Positions 18,628 through 27,698 of a DNA stretch of 64,000 bases are shown piece by piece (the stretch's first letter is position 1; the number at the start of each line of letters is the position of its first letter). The notes below the pieces were generated by a model that ran no database searches, was not told the origin of the DNA, and saw only the letters and a list, made by a program, of their open reading frames with translations. This DNA is from Chloroflexota bacterium. Lineage in GTDB: Bacteria > Chloroflexota > Dehalococcoidia > UBA2979. The translations under genes and the position numbers were made by a program. Location: contig CANMOP010000004.1 in NCBI GenBank assembly GCA_947499615.1, positions 38,501 to 102,500 of the forward strand. Reading direction: 5' to 3'.

Positions 18628-19149
18628 ATGGCAAAGCAGTACGACTCGGCCCCGCCGATGAGCATCGACGCGGCGGGGCAGTACCGGGCGGTGCTTCACA
18701 CCGCTCGGGGCGACGTGACGCTCCGGCTGCTCCCAGAGATCGCGCCGCAATCGGTGAACTCGTTCCTGTTCCTCGTACGCGAGGGCTTCTATAACGGCTG
18801 CACATTCCACCGCGTCATTCCCGGCTTCGTCGCGCAGGGCGGCGACCCAACGGGCAGCGGTACGGGCGGGCCGGGCTATCGCATCGCCGATGAGCTCTCC
18901 GACCATCCCTTCGGCACGGGGACGGTGGGCATGGCGAACGCCGGCCCCAACACAAACGGCTCGCAGTTCTTCATTGGTCTGGCACCCGCCGGCCATCTGA
19001 ACGGGCGCTACACGGTGTTTGCGGAAGTGGAGGACGGCATGGGCGTCGTGCTCTCGCTCGCACCTCGTGACCCCGCGACCAGCGACACCACTGGCGACAT
19101 AATCGAATCAGTCGAGGTCATCGAAGTCATCGAGGACGTCGAAGCCTAA
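18628..19149 (+). CDS. peptidyl-prolyl cis-trans isomerase, cyclophilin type (cytoplasmic)
   Basis: Cyclophilin motifs FHRVIPGFVAQGGDPTG and GSQFFI. Acidic VEVIEVIEDVEA tail. Confidence 0.9.
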   Translation: MAKQYDSAPPMSIDAAGQYRAVLHTARGDVTLRLLPEIAPQSVNSFLFLVREGFYNGCTFHRVIPGFVAQGGDPTGSGTGGPGYRIADELSDHPFGTGTVGMANAGPNTNGSQFFIGLAPAGHLNGRYTVFAEVEDGMGVVLSLAPRDPATSDTTGDIIESVEVIEVIEDVEA

Positions 19150-19322
19150 GCGACGGCCACACATATCACAGGCGTCGATCTGCGGATCGCACCCACTTCA
19201 CCCGACCATTAGGACATCCCGCGCACGGCGGCTGGACGCACACGCGCGCCCGGCCTCGTCTGTCCGTCCGTCGTGGGGAGAGGGGGCCGCTCAGTCGGCT
19301 CGCGGCCAACGTGGGCGAACGG

Positions 19323-19529
19323 TTAGCGGCGAGCAGCTTGCCCAGCAGCGGCGCGACGTTCGGCATAGACCATCACGCCAAACGATGGCAGAAAGCCGGC
19401 GAACGCGAGCAGCGAGGGCAATATCCACCCGCCGATCAGTAGCAGCAGTCCGATGGCAATGGACAGCGCCATCCCGAGGATCGATCCGATCCTGGCGACG
19501 AGCACGTAGGGGGGAAGTCCGTCTGGCAT
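19323..19529 (-). CDS. possible small membrane protein (about 68 aa, two TM segments), divergent from the GGDEF gene
   Basis: Hydrophobic ORF MPDGLPPYVLVARIGSILGMALSIAIGLLLLIGGWILPSLLAFAGFLPSFGVMVY. Its start overlaps the annotated start of the GGDEF ORF by 2 nt, so one of the two starts is probably wrong. Confidence 0.25.
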   Translation of the reverse strand: MPDGLPPYVLVARIGSILGMALSIAIGLLLLIGGWILPSLLAFAGFLPSFGVMVYAERRAAAGQAARR

Positions 19530-22500
19530 GTGGTATGACCGGATCGTAACAGCCGTCCTGACGCCGGACAACGTCGACGCCCCGCAGCCCGTGCGGGAAC
19601 GGCTGGATGACATACGCCCGATCTTGGTCATCACTCGAATGATCGCCGCTGGTTGGCTGCTGGGGGTCACGGTCGGTGCGCTCGTCGGGGCGGTGTCGTG
19701 GGAGCGATGTGCAGCGGCGGTCGCCTTGATACTCATCATCGAGTGGCGGGTGCAGTGGCCAGCGTCGGCGCGAACCATCGATAGTCTCGACCGACGGCTA
19801 TTGGTGTGCGCGCTGGCGACGCTGGCGTGGGTCGCCACCATTCAGGCGGTCAGCGACACACCAGCGTGGCTCTGGCTGATGCCGTACGTCTTCGTGCTCG
19901 GCGCGTACGCGCCCGCCCTCCGGTCGCGTTCGCTGGCAATCATGACTGCGGTGGCAGTTGTCCTACTGATCGGCGAGGTGTTGAGCACCCAGGCGGGATG
20001 GCTAGCAGTTCAGCCCACTGCGGAGCCACCGTGGTGGGTGACTGTGGCCCGAGCCGCCATCGGCATCCCGATCATCGCGGGGCTGATGGCCGCAACGCCG
20101 CTCCGCCTGCGCGTGACGCGTGCCGGGTTACAGGTCCTCGCCGCCGCACTACAGCGCGCCGAGCGCGAGCTCTCCGAGTCACACACACAGCTGCAACGCT
20201 GGAACGATGAACTCCACGACGCAGTTCGCGCGCAGACCAGGGAACTGGAGGAGCGCAACCGTCAGCTCGCCGCGCTGAACGGTGTCACCTCGGCGCTCGC
20301 CGAGGATATGGAAGACGAGCGCTGGCTGGAGCGGTCACTCGCCTTCATAGCCCAGGTGATCGAGGCCAGCTCGGTCAGTTGCCTGGTGGACGCCCCGCGT
20401 GGCGAGGGCATCACCCCACAGTCCATTACCATCGCGGGGGATACCTCGGAGGTCGTCCCTGCCTGGCTGATGGAAGATGTGGTGGCCACAGGGCTGCCAC
20501 GGTATTCGGGCCCACACGTGGGCACGCACGCCGGCTCTGCGGCGCTTCCGCCGCGCTACGCAGTCATCCCGCTGCGCGCGCAGGGACGGTCCAGGGGTTC
20601 CCTGGCGGCGGTGGTGCCGGGTGACAAGGCGTGGACCGAGAGCGAACTCCAGATGCTGGAGACCATCGCGGCAGACCTTGCCACCGCGATCGAGAGCAGA
20701 GAGTTGTACTCCGTCACCGTCGCTCGCGCGCGACGCGAGGCGATGCTGGCTGACGTGATTGAACTCCTGGACGGCGGGATGAAATCGACCGAGGCGGTTC
20801 GACTCGCCCTGCAGCGCGCCGGCGATTTGCTGGGAGCGATGGTGATGGCGGTGGTGGTGCCACGCGCCGACACACAGCCGGCCCGTATTGCCAACCGTGT
20901 CGTCTTCGAGGGCCGAGCCACGATGCTCCGTGCCAACTCAACTGCGGTGGATGCCGCGCTCATGGCCGCACCCGGACTCGTGTCGGACCGAGTGCACCCG
21001 CTGGTCTTCGGCGCGGGCGGCGAGGTGCCCGTTTCCGGCAGCATGCGTGACTTGGGAGTCCAGGCATGGCTCATCTGCCCGCTCGCCAATCCGCACGGAG
21101 CCCGAGGTGCGTTGGTGCTGTTGGGTGACGGCAGCGTTCACTACGGCGCGGATGAGCGCGAGATGATCGAGCGATTGGCGCGAATGTTGTCGCACCGCAT
21201 CGCCTCCGACGGTCTGTTCCAGCTGCAGGAGCGCCGCATCGTCGAACTGTCTGGACTCGCCCAGATCGCCGACGTCATCCAGTCGACGTCCGACGTGAAC
21301 CGATTACTCGACGGCTTCGCACGCGGCATGCGTCAGTTGTGCGCGTACACGGATATCTTCTTCGCGCGCCTGGACGAGTCAAACGGGGACGCGGTGCAGA
21401 TATCGCACTACGGCGCAGACCGCCACCCGATCGCACAAGTGGTTGGCGGTGCCGACCTCCTGCTACACCCATGGTTCGCACTACGTGGAGCGATCCCCTG
21501 GAGCAAAATCGACGGGGCACTGCCCGAGTTCTGCGCGAGTATCGAACACCCGATGCTGGTGGTTCCGCTCCGCCTGAAAGGCCAGGTGCTGGGTGTCGTG
21601 GCGCTGGCGACAACCACACCGCCCAGCGCAGAAGAGGCCGCGCTGATTGCGCACGCCGTAGGCCAACTCGGGTTGGTGTTGGACAGCATCTCGCTGTACC
21701 GGCAGGCGACGGAGCGCGCCGCACGCATTCAGGTGTTCGGGAACCTCGCACGCATCGTGGCCTCGGTCGTCGATGTGCGCGATGCGTTCACCGGCTTCGT
21801 GGAAGAGGTGCGATGGCTCCTGCCGTTCGACGCGGCGGTGATGCTGCGGGTCGACCCAGCGCGCGGGATCGCGACACCGTTCGCGGCGTATCCGGAGGAT
21901 CACGAACGCTCCTCGCAGGCATTGCCGCTCGCCGATTCCGCGTTGGCGGCCGCTGCAGAGTCGCGGCGCATCCTGATGGTGCGCGTGGGCGATCCCCAGT
22001 TCTCACGCCACGACTGGTCGATGTTCGGGATCGACACTCTGGAGCGTCGGGCAGGTGGAGCGGGCGCGGCGGGGCGCGGCGATAGTGCGGACAGTGGCAG
22101 CGGAGAGTGGGCTATTGTCCCCATCCTTCGCGGCGACGTCTGCACTGCGGTGCTCGTGCTGGCGCATTCGGATCGGATCCCAGACACCAACGACGAGATC
22201 ACGGCACTGGAGGAGGTAGCTCGACTGCTGGCCGTCAGCATTGAACGTGTGGACCTGTTCGCACAGACGGAACACAGCGCGCGCCACGACCTCCTCACCG
22301 GCTTGCCGAACTACCGCTACCTCCAGGAGCGCCTACGCGAGGTCCAGGCTGGTGTGAGCGCGCCAAGCAGTACCTCGCTGTTGATGGTGGACATGGACGA
22401 CCTGAAGCTGTTCAACGACACACTGGGTCACGGTGCCGGCGATGACGCGATTCAGGCTGTGGGCCGCGCCCTGCGCGCGGTCTGTCGAACAGAGGACTTC

Positions 22501-23289
22501 GTCGCACGCGTCGGTGGCGACGAATTCCTGGCGGTGTTGGAAGGCGCAGACGCTCCGACGGCTGTCGCGATCACCGAGCGACTGCACGATGCGTTACGCA
22601 CCGCGCACCTCGGCATCCCGAACGCGCCGGCGGCGGTACGCGTCTCCGCGGGAGTCGCCTCGCTGCCGCTGGATAGCGAAACCATCGAGGACCTGCTCCA
22701 GGCGGCGGACATGGCGATGTACGAGGCGAAGTTCGCGGGTGGTGGTCGCACCGGAGTGGCATCGGAATTGCCGGCGACACGCCACAAGCGAGGCTTCACT
22801 GGCCGACCTGACCGCGTGGTGGAGACCGTCATTCGCGCCGTCAGCGCCTCGGCTTCCCTTCACGAGCGCGACGCCGTGGCGTTGGCGCAGCGCTACGCCG
22901 TGGGCACCGCGATCCGACTGGGCGTGCCGCCTCACGATGCGGAGCTACTGCGCATGTTGGTTGCGCGCCATGCCGCCCCCGGACTGGCCGACGCTCGCCC
23001 TGGACTGGATGGCATCCTGGCGGCGCGCATGTTGGATGGTCTGGCCACAGACTGGATGTCGCGGGACGCGGAGTCTGCGGCCATTGGACAGATGGTCGTC
23101 ACTGCGGCGCTGGATCTCGCGTGGCTACAACTGGAAGCGCCGGCAGGCGCGGGCTACACGCTGGAGGCGGCGCTACAGCAGATCCGTCGCTCCGCGAGCG
23201 GTGCGCTGGGCGCCACTGTCCGCCGCGAGCTGGAGGTCATCGCGGTCGCGGAAGCGGAACAGTCGGAAGCGGGTCAGCGCGCCGCGTGA
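19528..23289 (+). CDS. membrane-anchored multi-GAF sensor diguanylate cyclase (GGDEF) with C-terminal degenerate HD-GYP-like domain
   Basis: The N-terminus has about 6 TM helices, followed by a coiled coil, several GAF-like repeats and a GGDEF domain with an intact RVGGDEF A-site. The C-terminal roughly 250 aa are helical with LHERD/HD-like remnants but no GYP motif. The true start may lie downstream of 19528. Confidence 0.85.
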   Translation: MWYDRIVTAVLTPDNVDAPQPVRERLDDIRPILVITRMIAAGWLLGVTVGALVGAVSWERCAAAVALILIIEWRVQWPASARTIDSLDRRLLVCALATLAWVATIQAVSDTPAWLWLMPYVFVLGAYAPALRSRSLAIMTAVAVVLLIGEVLSTQAGWLAVQPTAEPPWWVTVARAAIGIPIIAGLMAATPLRLRVTRAGLQVLAAALQRAERELSESHTQLQRWNDELHDAVRAQTRELEERNRQLAALNGVTSALAEDMEDERWLERSLAFIAQVIEASSVSCLVDAPRGEGITPQSITIAGDTSEVVPAWLMEDVVATGLPRYSGPHVGTHAGSAALPPRYAVIPLRAQGRSRGSLAAVVPGDKAWTESELQMLETIAADLATAIESRELYSVTVARARREAMLADVIELLDGGMKSTEAVRLALQRAGDLLGAMVMAVVVPRADTQPARIANRVVFEGRATMLRANSTAVDAALMAAPGLVSDRVHPLVFGAGGEVPVSGSMRDLGVQAWLICPLANPHGARGALVLLGDGSVHYGADEREMIERLARMLSHRIASDGLFQLQERRIVELSGLAQIADVIQSTSDVNRLLDGFARGMRQLCAYTDIFFARLDESNGDAVQISHYGADRHPIAQVVGGADLLLHPWFALRGAIPWSKIDGALPEFCASIEHPMLVVPLRLKGQVLGVVALATTTPPSAEEAALIAHAVGQLGLVLDSISLYRQATERAARIQVFGNLARIVASVVDVRDAFTGFVEEVRWLLPFDAAVMLRVDPARGIATPFAAYPEDHERSSQALPLADSALAAAAESRRILMVRVGDPQFSRHDWSMFGIDTLERRAGGAGAAGRGDSADSGSGEWAIVPILRGDVCTAVLVLAHSDRIPDTNDEITALEEVARLLAVSIERVDLFAQTEHSARHDLLTGLPNYRYLQERLREVQAGVSAPSSTSLLMVDMDDLKLFNDTLGHGAGDDAIQAVGRALRAVCRTEDFVARVGGDEFLAVLEGADAPTAVAITERLHDALRTAHLGIPNAPAAVRVSAGVASLPLDSETIEDLLQAADMAMYEAKFAGGGRTGVASELPATRHKRGFTGRPDRVVETVIRAVSASASLHERDAVALAQRYAVGTAIRLGVPPHDAELLRMLVARHAAPGLADARPGLDGILAARMLDGLATDWMSRDAESAAIGQMVVTAALDLAWLQLEAPAGAGYTLEAALQQIRRSASGALGATVRRELEVIAVAEAEQSEAGQRAA

Positions 23290-23339
23290 GCGTGTCGACG
23301 CGGGTAGGCGCGCTTGCGCAGGCCGCCGCGTGCCACGCG

Positions 23340-24170
23340 CTACTCCGCATCCACCTCAGCGCCCAACGCCGGGCGGATCAGTGAGTCGTACAGCAGCGCC
23401 CCAATCGGCGCACCTACCAGCGGCCCGACGATGTACACCCAGAAGCCGCCGGCCGGACCGGGAATCGCCACGCCCCCCCAGCCGGCGAGGTACGCGACCA
23501 ACCTCGGCCCGAAGTCTCGTGCGGGATTCCAGCCGGCCTGCGTGAGCGGCGCGAACAGCGAGATCAGCACCGCCACCGTGAAGCCAATGAAGAACGGCGC
23601 GAGCGCTCCCGGTCGCGCGCCGCTGCGGCGATCCGTGAGCGCAAGGATCATGAACATGAGAATGCCGGTGCCCAGCGCCTCGATTCCCACCGCGGCCAGC
23701 GGGGAGACGAGGGCCCGCGCCGCGCCGTCGGTTCCGAAGATCGCCGGGTTCGGGAAGTACTCACCGAACACCATCGCTGAGAGCTCGGAGCCAGCGGCAC
23801 CACGCGTGATCGTGTGTTCCGCCTCGAAGCGCGCGAGGAACGGGCCAAACGTTGCGAGCACCACCGCGCCTGCCAGCACCGCACCGGTGAACTGCGCCAC
23901 CCAGTACGGCAGCACCCGCCCGAACGGGAACTCGCGAGGTCGCACGATTGCCAATGCCAGCGTGACTGCCGGGTTGAGGTGCGCACCGGAGACGGAAGCC
24001 GTCGCGTAGATCGCGAGCGTGACACCGAACCCCCACACCACCGCCACCTGCCACAACCCGCTCATCGCGCCGGTCAGCACCGCAGAAGCGACCGCTCCCG
24101 TCCCAAAGAGCACGAGCAGGAACGTCCCCACGATCTCCGCGAGGTACCGACGTGACCACGATTCCTGCAT
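23340..24170 (-). CDS. MIP-family aquaglyceroporin (GlpF/AqpS-like)
   Basis: Two NPA boxes (HLNPAVT and NPARD) and 6 TM helices. Its adjacency to arsC suggests an arsenite channel role. Confidence 0.9.
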   Translation of the reverse strand: MQESWSRRYLAEIVGTFLLVLFGTGAVASAVLTGAMSGLWQVAVVWGFGVTLAIYATASVSGAHLNPAVTLALAIVRPREFPFGRVLPYWVAQFTGAVLAGAVVLATFGPFLARFEAEHTITRGAAGSELSAMVFGEYFPNPAIFGTDGAARALVSPLAAVGIEALGTGILMFMILALTDRRSGARPGALAPFFIGFTVAVLISLFAPLTQAGWNPARDFGPRLVAYLAGWGGVAIPGPAGGFWVYIVGPLVGAPIGALLYDSLIRPALGAEVDAE

Positions 24171-24221
24171 CTCACCCTCTTCCCATGATGTGGCGCGCCC
24201 AACAGACTGGGGCGTACGAGG

Positions 24222-24650
24222 CTACACCGGCCCGGTGCTGTCCATCTCGCTCAACAGCGATGCGATACGAGCGCGGATGTCGTCGCGCACGGCACGCACC
24301 ACCTCGATTGGTTGGCCAGCGGGATCGTCTAGCTCCCAGTCTAGGTAGCGCTTGCCGGGGAGGATCGGACAGGCGTCCCCGCACCCCATCGTGACCACCA
24401 GGTCCGCGGCACTCACGACGGCGTCTGTGAGGCCCTTCGGTGTCTCCTGAGAGATGTCGAGGCCGCACTCGCGCATGGCCGCTACCACGACAGGATTCAC
24501 GACGCTCCCCGGGGCGGATCCCGCCGATTGTGCGCGCAGCGTGACACCCGCTCGCGCACTGCCCAGCACCGTCGCGAACGCCGCCGCCATCTGCGAACGC
24601 CCGGCGTTGTGGATGCAGACGAACAACACCGTGATCTGCTGCTTCGGCAT
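24222..24650 (-). CDS. arsC: arsenate reductase ArsC (LMW-PTP / thioredoxin-coupled family)
   Basis: CX5R P-loop LFVCIHNAGRSQMA and downstream Cys pair (GCGDACP). Start taken at MPKQQ. Confidence 0.85.
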   Translation of the reverse strand: MPKQQITVLFVCIHNAGRSQMAAAFATVLGSARAGVTLRAQSAGSAPGSVVNPVVVAAMRECGLDISQETPKGLTDAVVSAADLVVTMGCGDACPILPGKRYLDWELDDPAGQPIEVVRAVRDDIRARIASLLSEMDSTGPV

Positions 24651-24784
24651 CTGACCTCCGTAGCGCCCCCTCGTAGCGGCGACATCTTCTACCGACACCG
24701 CAGACCACGCGCGGGCGAGCGTACCGGCGACGCGTTAGCGTGCCGTTAACGGGGTGCGAGCAGCCGAGGGCGAAGAGCGGAGTA

Positions 24785-25639
24785 CTAGTCGAGCAGTGCG
24801 TCGACTTCGGTGGTGAGGTCGGCGGGGAGGGCGGGCGCACCGTCCGCGTCCAGTACGCGCGCCCCCGAGGTGCGAAGACGACCCGCACCGAATTCGCGCA
24901 GGGTCGCGACCAGCAGTGGCGACTCGCGCAGCACGCCAAGCGCCCGGATCGCACCGAACAGCGGCGTTGCATCCAGCGCCTCATCGCTCATCGTGGCGGG
25001 CTCGGCGGGGAGCGCAGCCCGCAGGTCGTCGAGCGCCGGCGTACGCAGCGCGTATCGGCAGTAGGCGACAACCGGGCCCTGATCCACCGCTGCGATCGCG
25101 AGGTGCAGCATCACACCCGATTCCGTCGCCCGCTCCCGGATCAGGCGGCGGATGACCTCGCGCCAGGTGCCGGCCGGGCCGCCGGGCAGCGCGGGGTGGA
25201 GGTTCAGCAACGGATGGCGCTGCACGAACTCGTGTCCGAACACCAGCATGTAGCCAGCGAGCACTCCGAGGTCGAACTCATACGGCGCCAGTGCCGCATC
25301 GACGGCGCGGTCGAACTCCGCTCGCCACGCTGGAAGGGGAGCGCCGTGCGCCGAACGCTCGCCGCCCGCACGTCGGCGGAAGCCGACCGATGAGACGGTC
25401 ACCAGCGGGATCGAGGCATCGCGCACGCGGTCGAAGAAGGCGTCAGTCACAGCGTCTTCGCCGCTCTCGCGGTTGCAGACGACTGCGACCACCTGTGCGT
25501 CGAGCGTCCCTTCCGAGATCGCCCCGAGGACGGCCTCGAACATCGCGCGAGAGCCAGAGCCACGCGCCGTCGTAAACCACGCGAGTCGGAGTGTCACAGC
25601 TGCGGCGATCCCACGCGCACGATCACCGCTCCGCCCCAT
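24785..25639 (-). CDS. formyltransferase family protein (PurN-like N-terminal domain with C-terminal extension)
   Basis: Catalytic-triad region NLHPALPGGPAG / VMLHLAIAAVDQGPVV resembles the PurN N/H/D motifs. An extra C-terminal segment of about 90 aa is present. Overlaps the xseB end. Confidence 0.55.
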   Translation of the reverse strand: MGRSGDRARGIAAAVTLRLAWFTTARGSGSRAMFEAVLGAISEGTLDAQVVAVVCNRESGEDAVTDAFFDRVRDASIPLVTVSSVGFRRRAGGERSAHGAPLPAWRAEFDRAVDAALAPYEFDLGVLAGYMLVFGHEFVQRHPLLNLHPALPGGPAGTWREVIRRLIRERATESGVMLHLAIAAVDQGPVVAYCRYALRTPALDDLRAALPAEPATMSDEALDATPLFGAIRALGVLRESPLLVATLREFGAGRLRTSGARVLDADGAPALPADLTTEVDALLD

Positions 25640-25850
25640 CCTCGTAGGTGTCGCGCAAGCGCTCGATGCGCTGCTCGACCTGCGCGAGCATCGTCTGGCA
25701 GTGCTGCGCCAGTCGCATGCCTTCTTCGTACAGCGCGATCGAATCCGCCAGCGGCAGGTTCCCGGCCTCGAGGCGCATGCTGACCTCCTCCAGCCGGGAG
25801 TAGAGCGCCTCGAATGTCGGCTCGTCGGTTGCGCCAGTGCTGCTGGTCAT
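25623..25850 (-). CDS. xseB: exodeoxyribonuclease VII small subunit
   Basis: 75-aa helical protein (FEALYSRLEEV...LPLADSIALYEEG) immediately downstream of xseA with ATGA overlap. Confidence 0.85.
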   Translation of the reverse strand: MTSSTGATDEPTFEALYSRLEEVSMRLEAGNLPLADSIALYEEGMRLAQHCQTMLAQVEQRIERLRDTYEDGAER

Positions 25851-27055
25851 GGGGTCACTCCGGGCTGGTCTGCTTCGATACGTGCGGCGCGTGTGCCATC
25901 GTGCATACGTAACGCGACATGCTGTCCTGTTGCCAATTCCGCCGCCGAGGTTGCTGCGGCTCCGTCTGCTCTCAGCACCAGCGCGTACCCACGCTCCAGC
26001 GTGGCCAGCGGCGAGAGCGCGCGTACCCGCGCAGCCAACGCCTCCGTTCGCTCGCGCGATCGCATATGGGTCAGCGTGACGGTCCGCGAGAGTGCGCCGG
26101 CACGGTCACGCAGTCGCGATCGGATCGAGGCGACGTCGGGCAGAGAGCGGCTGAGCACGGCCGCGTGATGCTCGATGGCGTCGCGAGCATCGGCAGCGGT
26201 GCGAATGATCTGCAACTCCGCGTGGCGCTGGAACGCGGCGATTGCCCGTTCCACATCGAAACGGTCGGGCGCGACCAGTTCGGCGGCGGCAGACGGCGTC
26301 GGAGCGCGCAGGTCGGCGACGAGGTCCGCAAGCGTCGTGTCGGTCTCATGACCGACGGCCGAGATCACGGGGACCGGGCAGCCGAAGATCGCGCGCACCA
26401 CCGGCTCTTCGTTGAACGCCCAGAGGTCTTCTGCGGCACCACCGCCGCGCGCGACGATGACGACATCGGGCGACTGATCGCGCGCGATCACGCGGATCGC
26501 CTCGGCGATAGAGAGCGCGGAGCCTTCGCCCTGCACCGGCGTCGGTTGCAGCAGCAGCGTGCCCAGCGGCCACCGTCGTCCGAGGACATCCGCGATGTCA
26601 TGGAACACTGCGCCGGTCGGCGAGGTCACCACGCCAATGCGCTGTGGGAAGCGCGGCAGCGGGCGCTTACGCTCCGGCGCGAACAGCCCTTCGGCTTCGA
26701 GCGCGGCCTTGCGACGCTCGAACTCGGCCGCCAGCGCGCCGGTTCCCTCCGGCTGCACGAAGTCAACGATGAACGAGAGCTCTCCGCGCTGCTCGTATAC
26801 GGAGAGCGACCCGTACACGACGACCGACATGCCCTCTTCCAGCTGCGTGCGCTGGCCGAGGTTGCGGTTCCGAAAGAAGGCGCACCGTAGCGCGCTGGTA
26901 GCATCCTTCAGCGTGAAGTAGATGTGCCCGGAAGAGGCACGCGTCAGGTTGGAGACCTCCCCGGCCACCCAGATCTCGGTGAGATGGCGATTGCTTTCCA
27001 GCAACTCGCGCAGGTACCGGGTGACCTGGTGGACGGGGTAGACCTCCGGCGGCAT
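25847..27055 (-). CDS. xseA: exodeoxyribonuclease VII large subunit
   Basis: N-terminal OB fold (IWVAGEVSNL), central catalytic region (VVARGGGAAEDLWAFNEE) and long C-terminal helical tail. Start taken at MPPEVYPV. Confidence 0.9.
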   Translation of the reverse strand: MPPEVYPVHQVTRYLRELLESNRHLTEIWVAGEVSNLTRASSGHIYFTLKDATSALRCAFFRNRNLGQRTQLEEGMSVVVYGSLSVYEQRGELSFIVDFVQPEGTGALAAEFERRKAALEAEGLFAPERKRPLPRFPQRIGVVTSPTGAVFHDIADVLGRRWPLGTLLLQPTPVQGEGSALSIAEAIRVIARDQSPDVVIVARGGGAAEDLWAFNEEPVVRAIFGCPVPVISAVGHETDTTLADLVADLRAPTPSAAAELVAPDRFDVERAIAAFQRHAELQIIRTAADARDAIEHHAAVLSRSLPDVASIRSRLRDRAGALSRTVTLTHMRSRERTEALAARVRALSPLATLERGYALVLRADGAAATSAAELATGQHVALRMHDGTRAARIEADQPGVTP

Positions 27056-27056
27056 C

Positions 27057-27620
27057 TCAGGCGGTCGCGACGCGCTCGATGTACCCGCGGGTGGAGGTGG
27101 ACACCTTAATGGTGTCACCCTCGTTGATGAACAGCGGCACGTCGACGACGAGGCCGGTCTCCATGGTCGCGGGCTTCGTCGCGCCGGTCGCCGTGTCGCC
27201 CTTCGCGCCCGGGTCGGAGCGCGTGATCTTCAACGTCACGGATGCCGGCAATTCGACGCCCAGCGCCTCCTCGCCATACAGGAGGACCTGCAGGACGTCG
27301 CCTTCCTTGATGAAGTCCACCGCGTGCCCTGCGATGTTCCGCGGCACCGTGAATTGCTCGAAGGTCTGGGTGTTCATGAACGTCAGCCCGTCCACGTCGC
27401 CGTACAGGTACTGCATGTCCAGGCGCTCCACACGGGCGGAGGCCAACTTCTCGCTCGCGTTGAAGCTGCGCTCAATGATGTGACCGGCGCGGAGGTCCTT
27501 CAGCTTTACCTTATAGACGGCAGACCTCTTGGTCTTGACGTGCTGCACCTCAATGACCTGATAGAGGTTGCCGTCCACCTCCACAGTAACGCCCTTCTTG
27601 ATCTCGCCAGTGCCAATCAC
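27057..27620 (-). CDS. efp: elongation factor P
   Basis: EF-P three-domain signature (KKGVTVEVDGNLYQV...KTKRSAVYKVK). 187 aa. Confidence 0.95.
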   Translation of the reverse strand: MIGTGEIKKGVTVEVDGNLYQVIEVQHVKTKRSAVYKVKLKDLRAGHIIERSFNASEKLASARVERLDMQYLYGDVDGLTFMNTQTFEQFTVPRNIAGHAVDFIKEGDVLQVLLYGEEALGVELPASVTLKITRSDPGAKGDTATGATKPATMETGLVVDVPLFINEGDTIKVSTSTRGYIERVATA

Positions 27621-27698
27621 GTTTGCCTCCGTCGGGGACTACGTTCGTCCAGTGCGCTCAGTTCGATGTGCCGACCCGCGCGGGCCGGTCCGATGCCG

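Noticed and set aside
23290-23339. Near-palindrome around GTCGAC between the convergent GGDEF and aquaporin genes
   Set aside because: The arms are imperfect and short. It is more simply explained as a weak bidirectional terminator region, and it is not distinctive enough to call.
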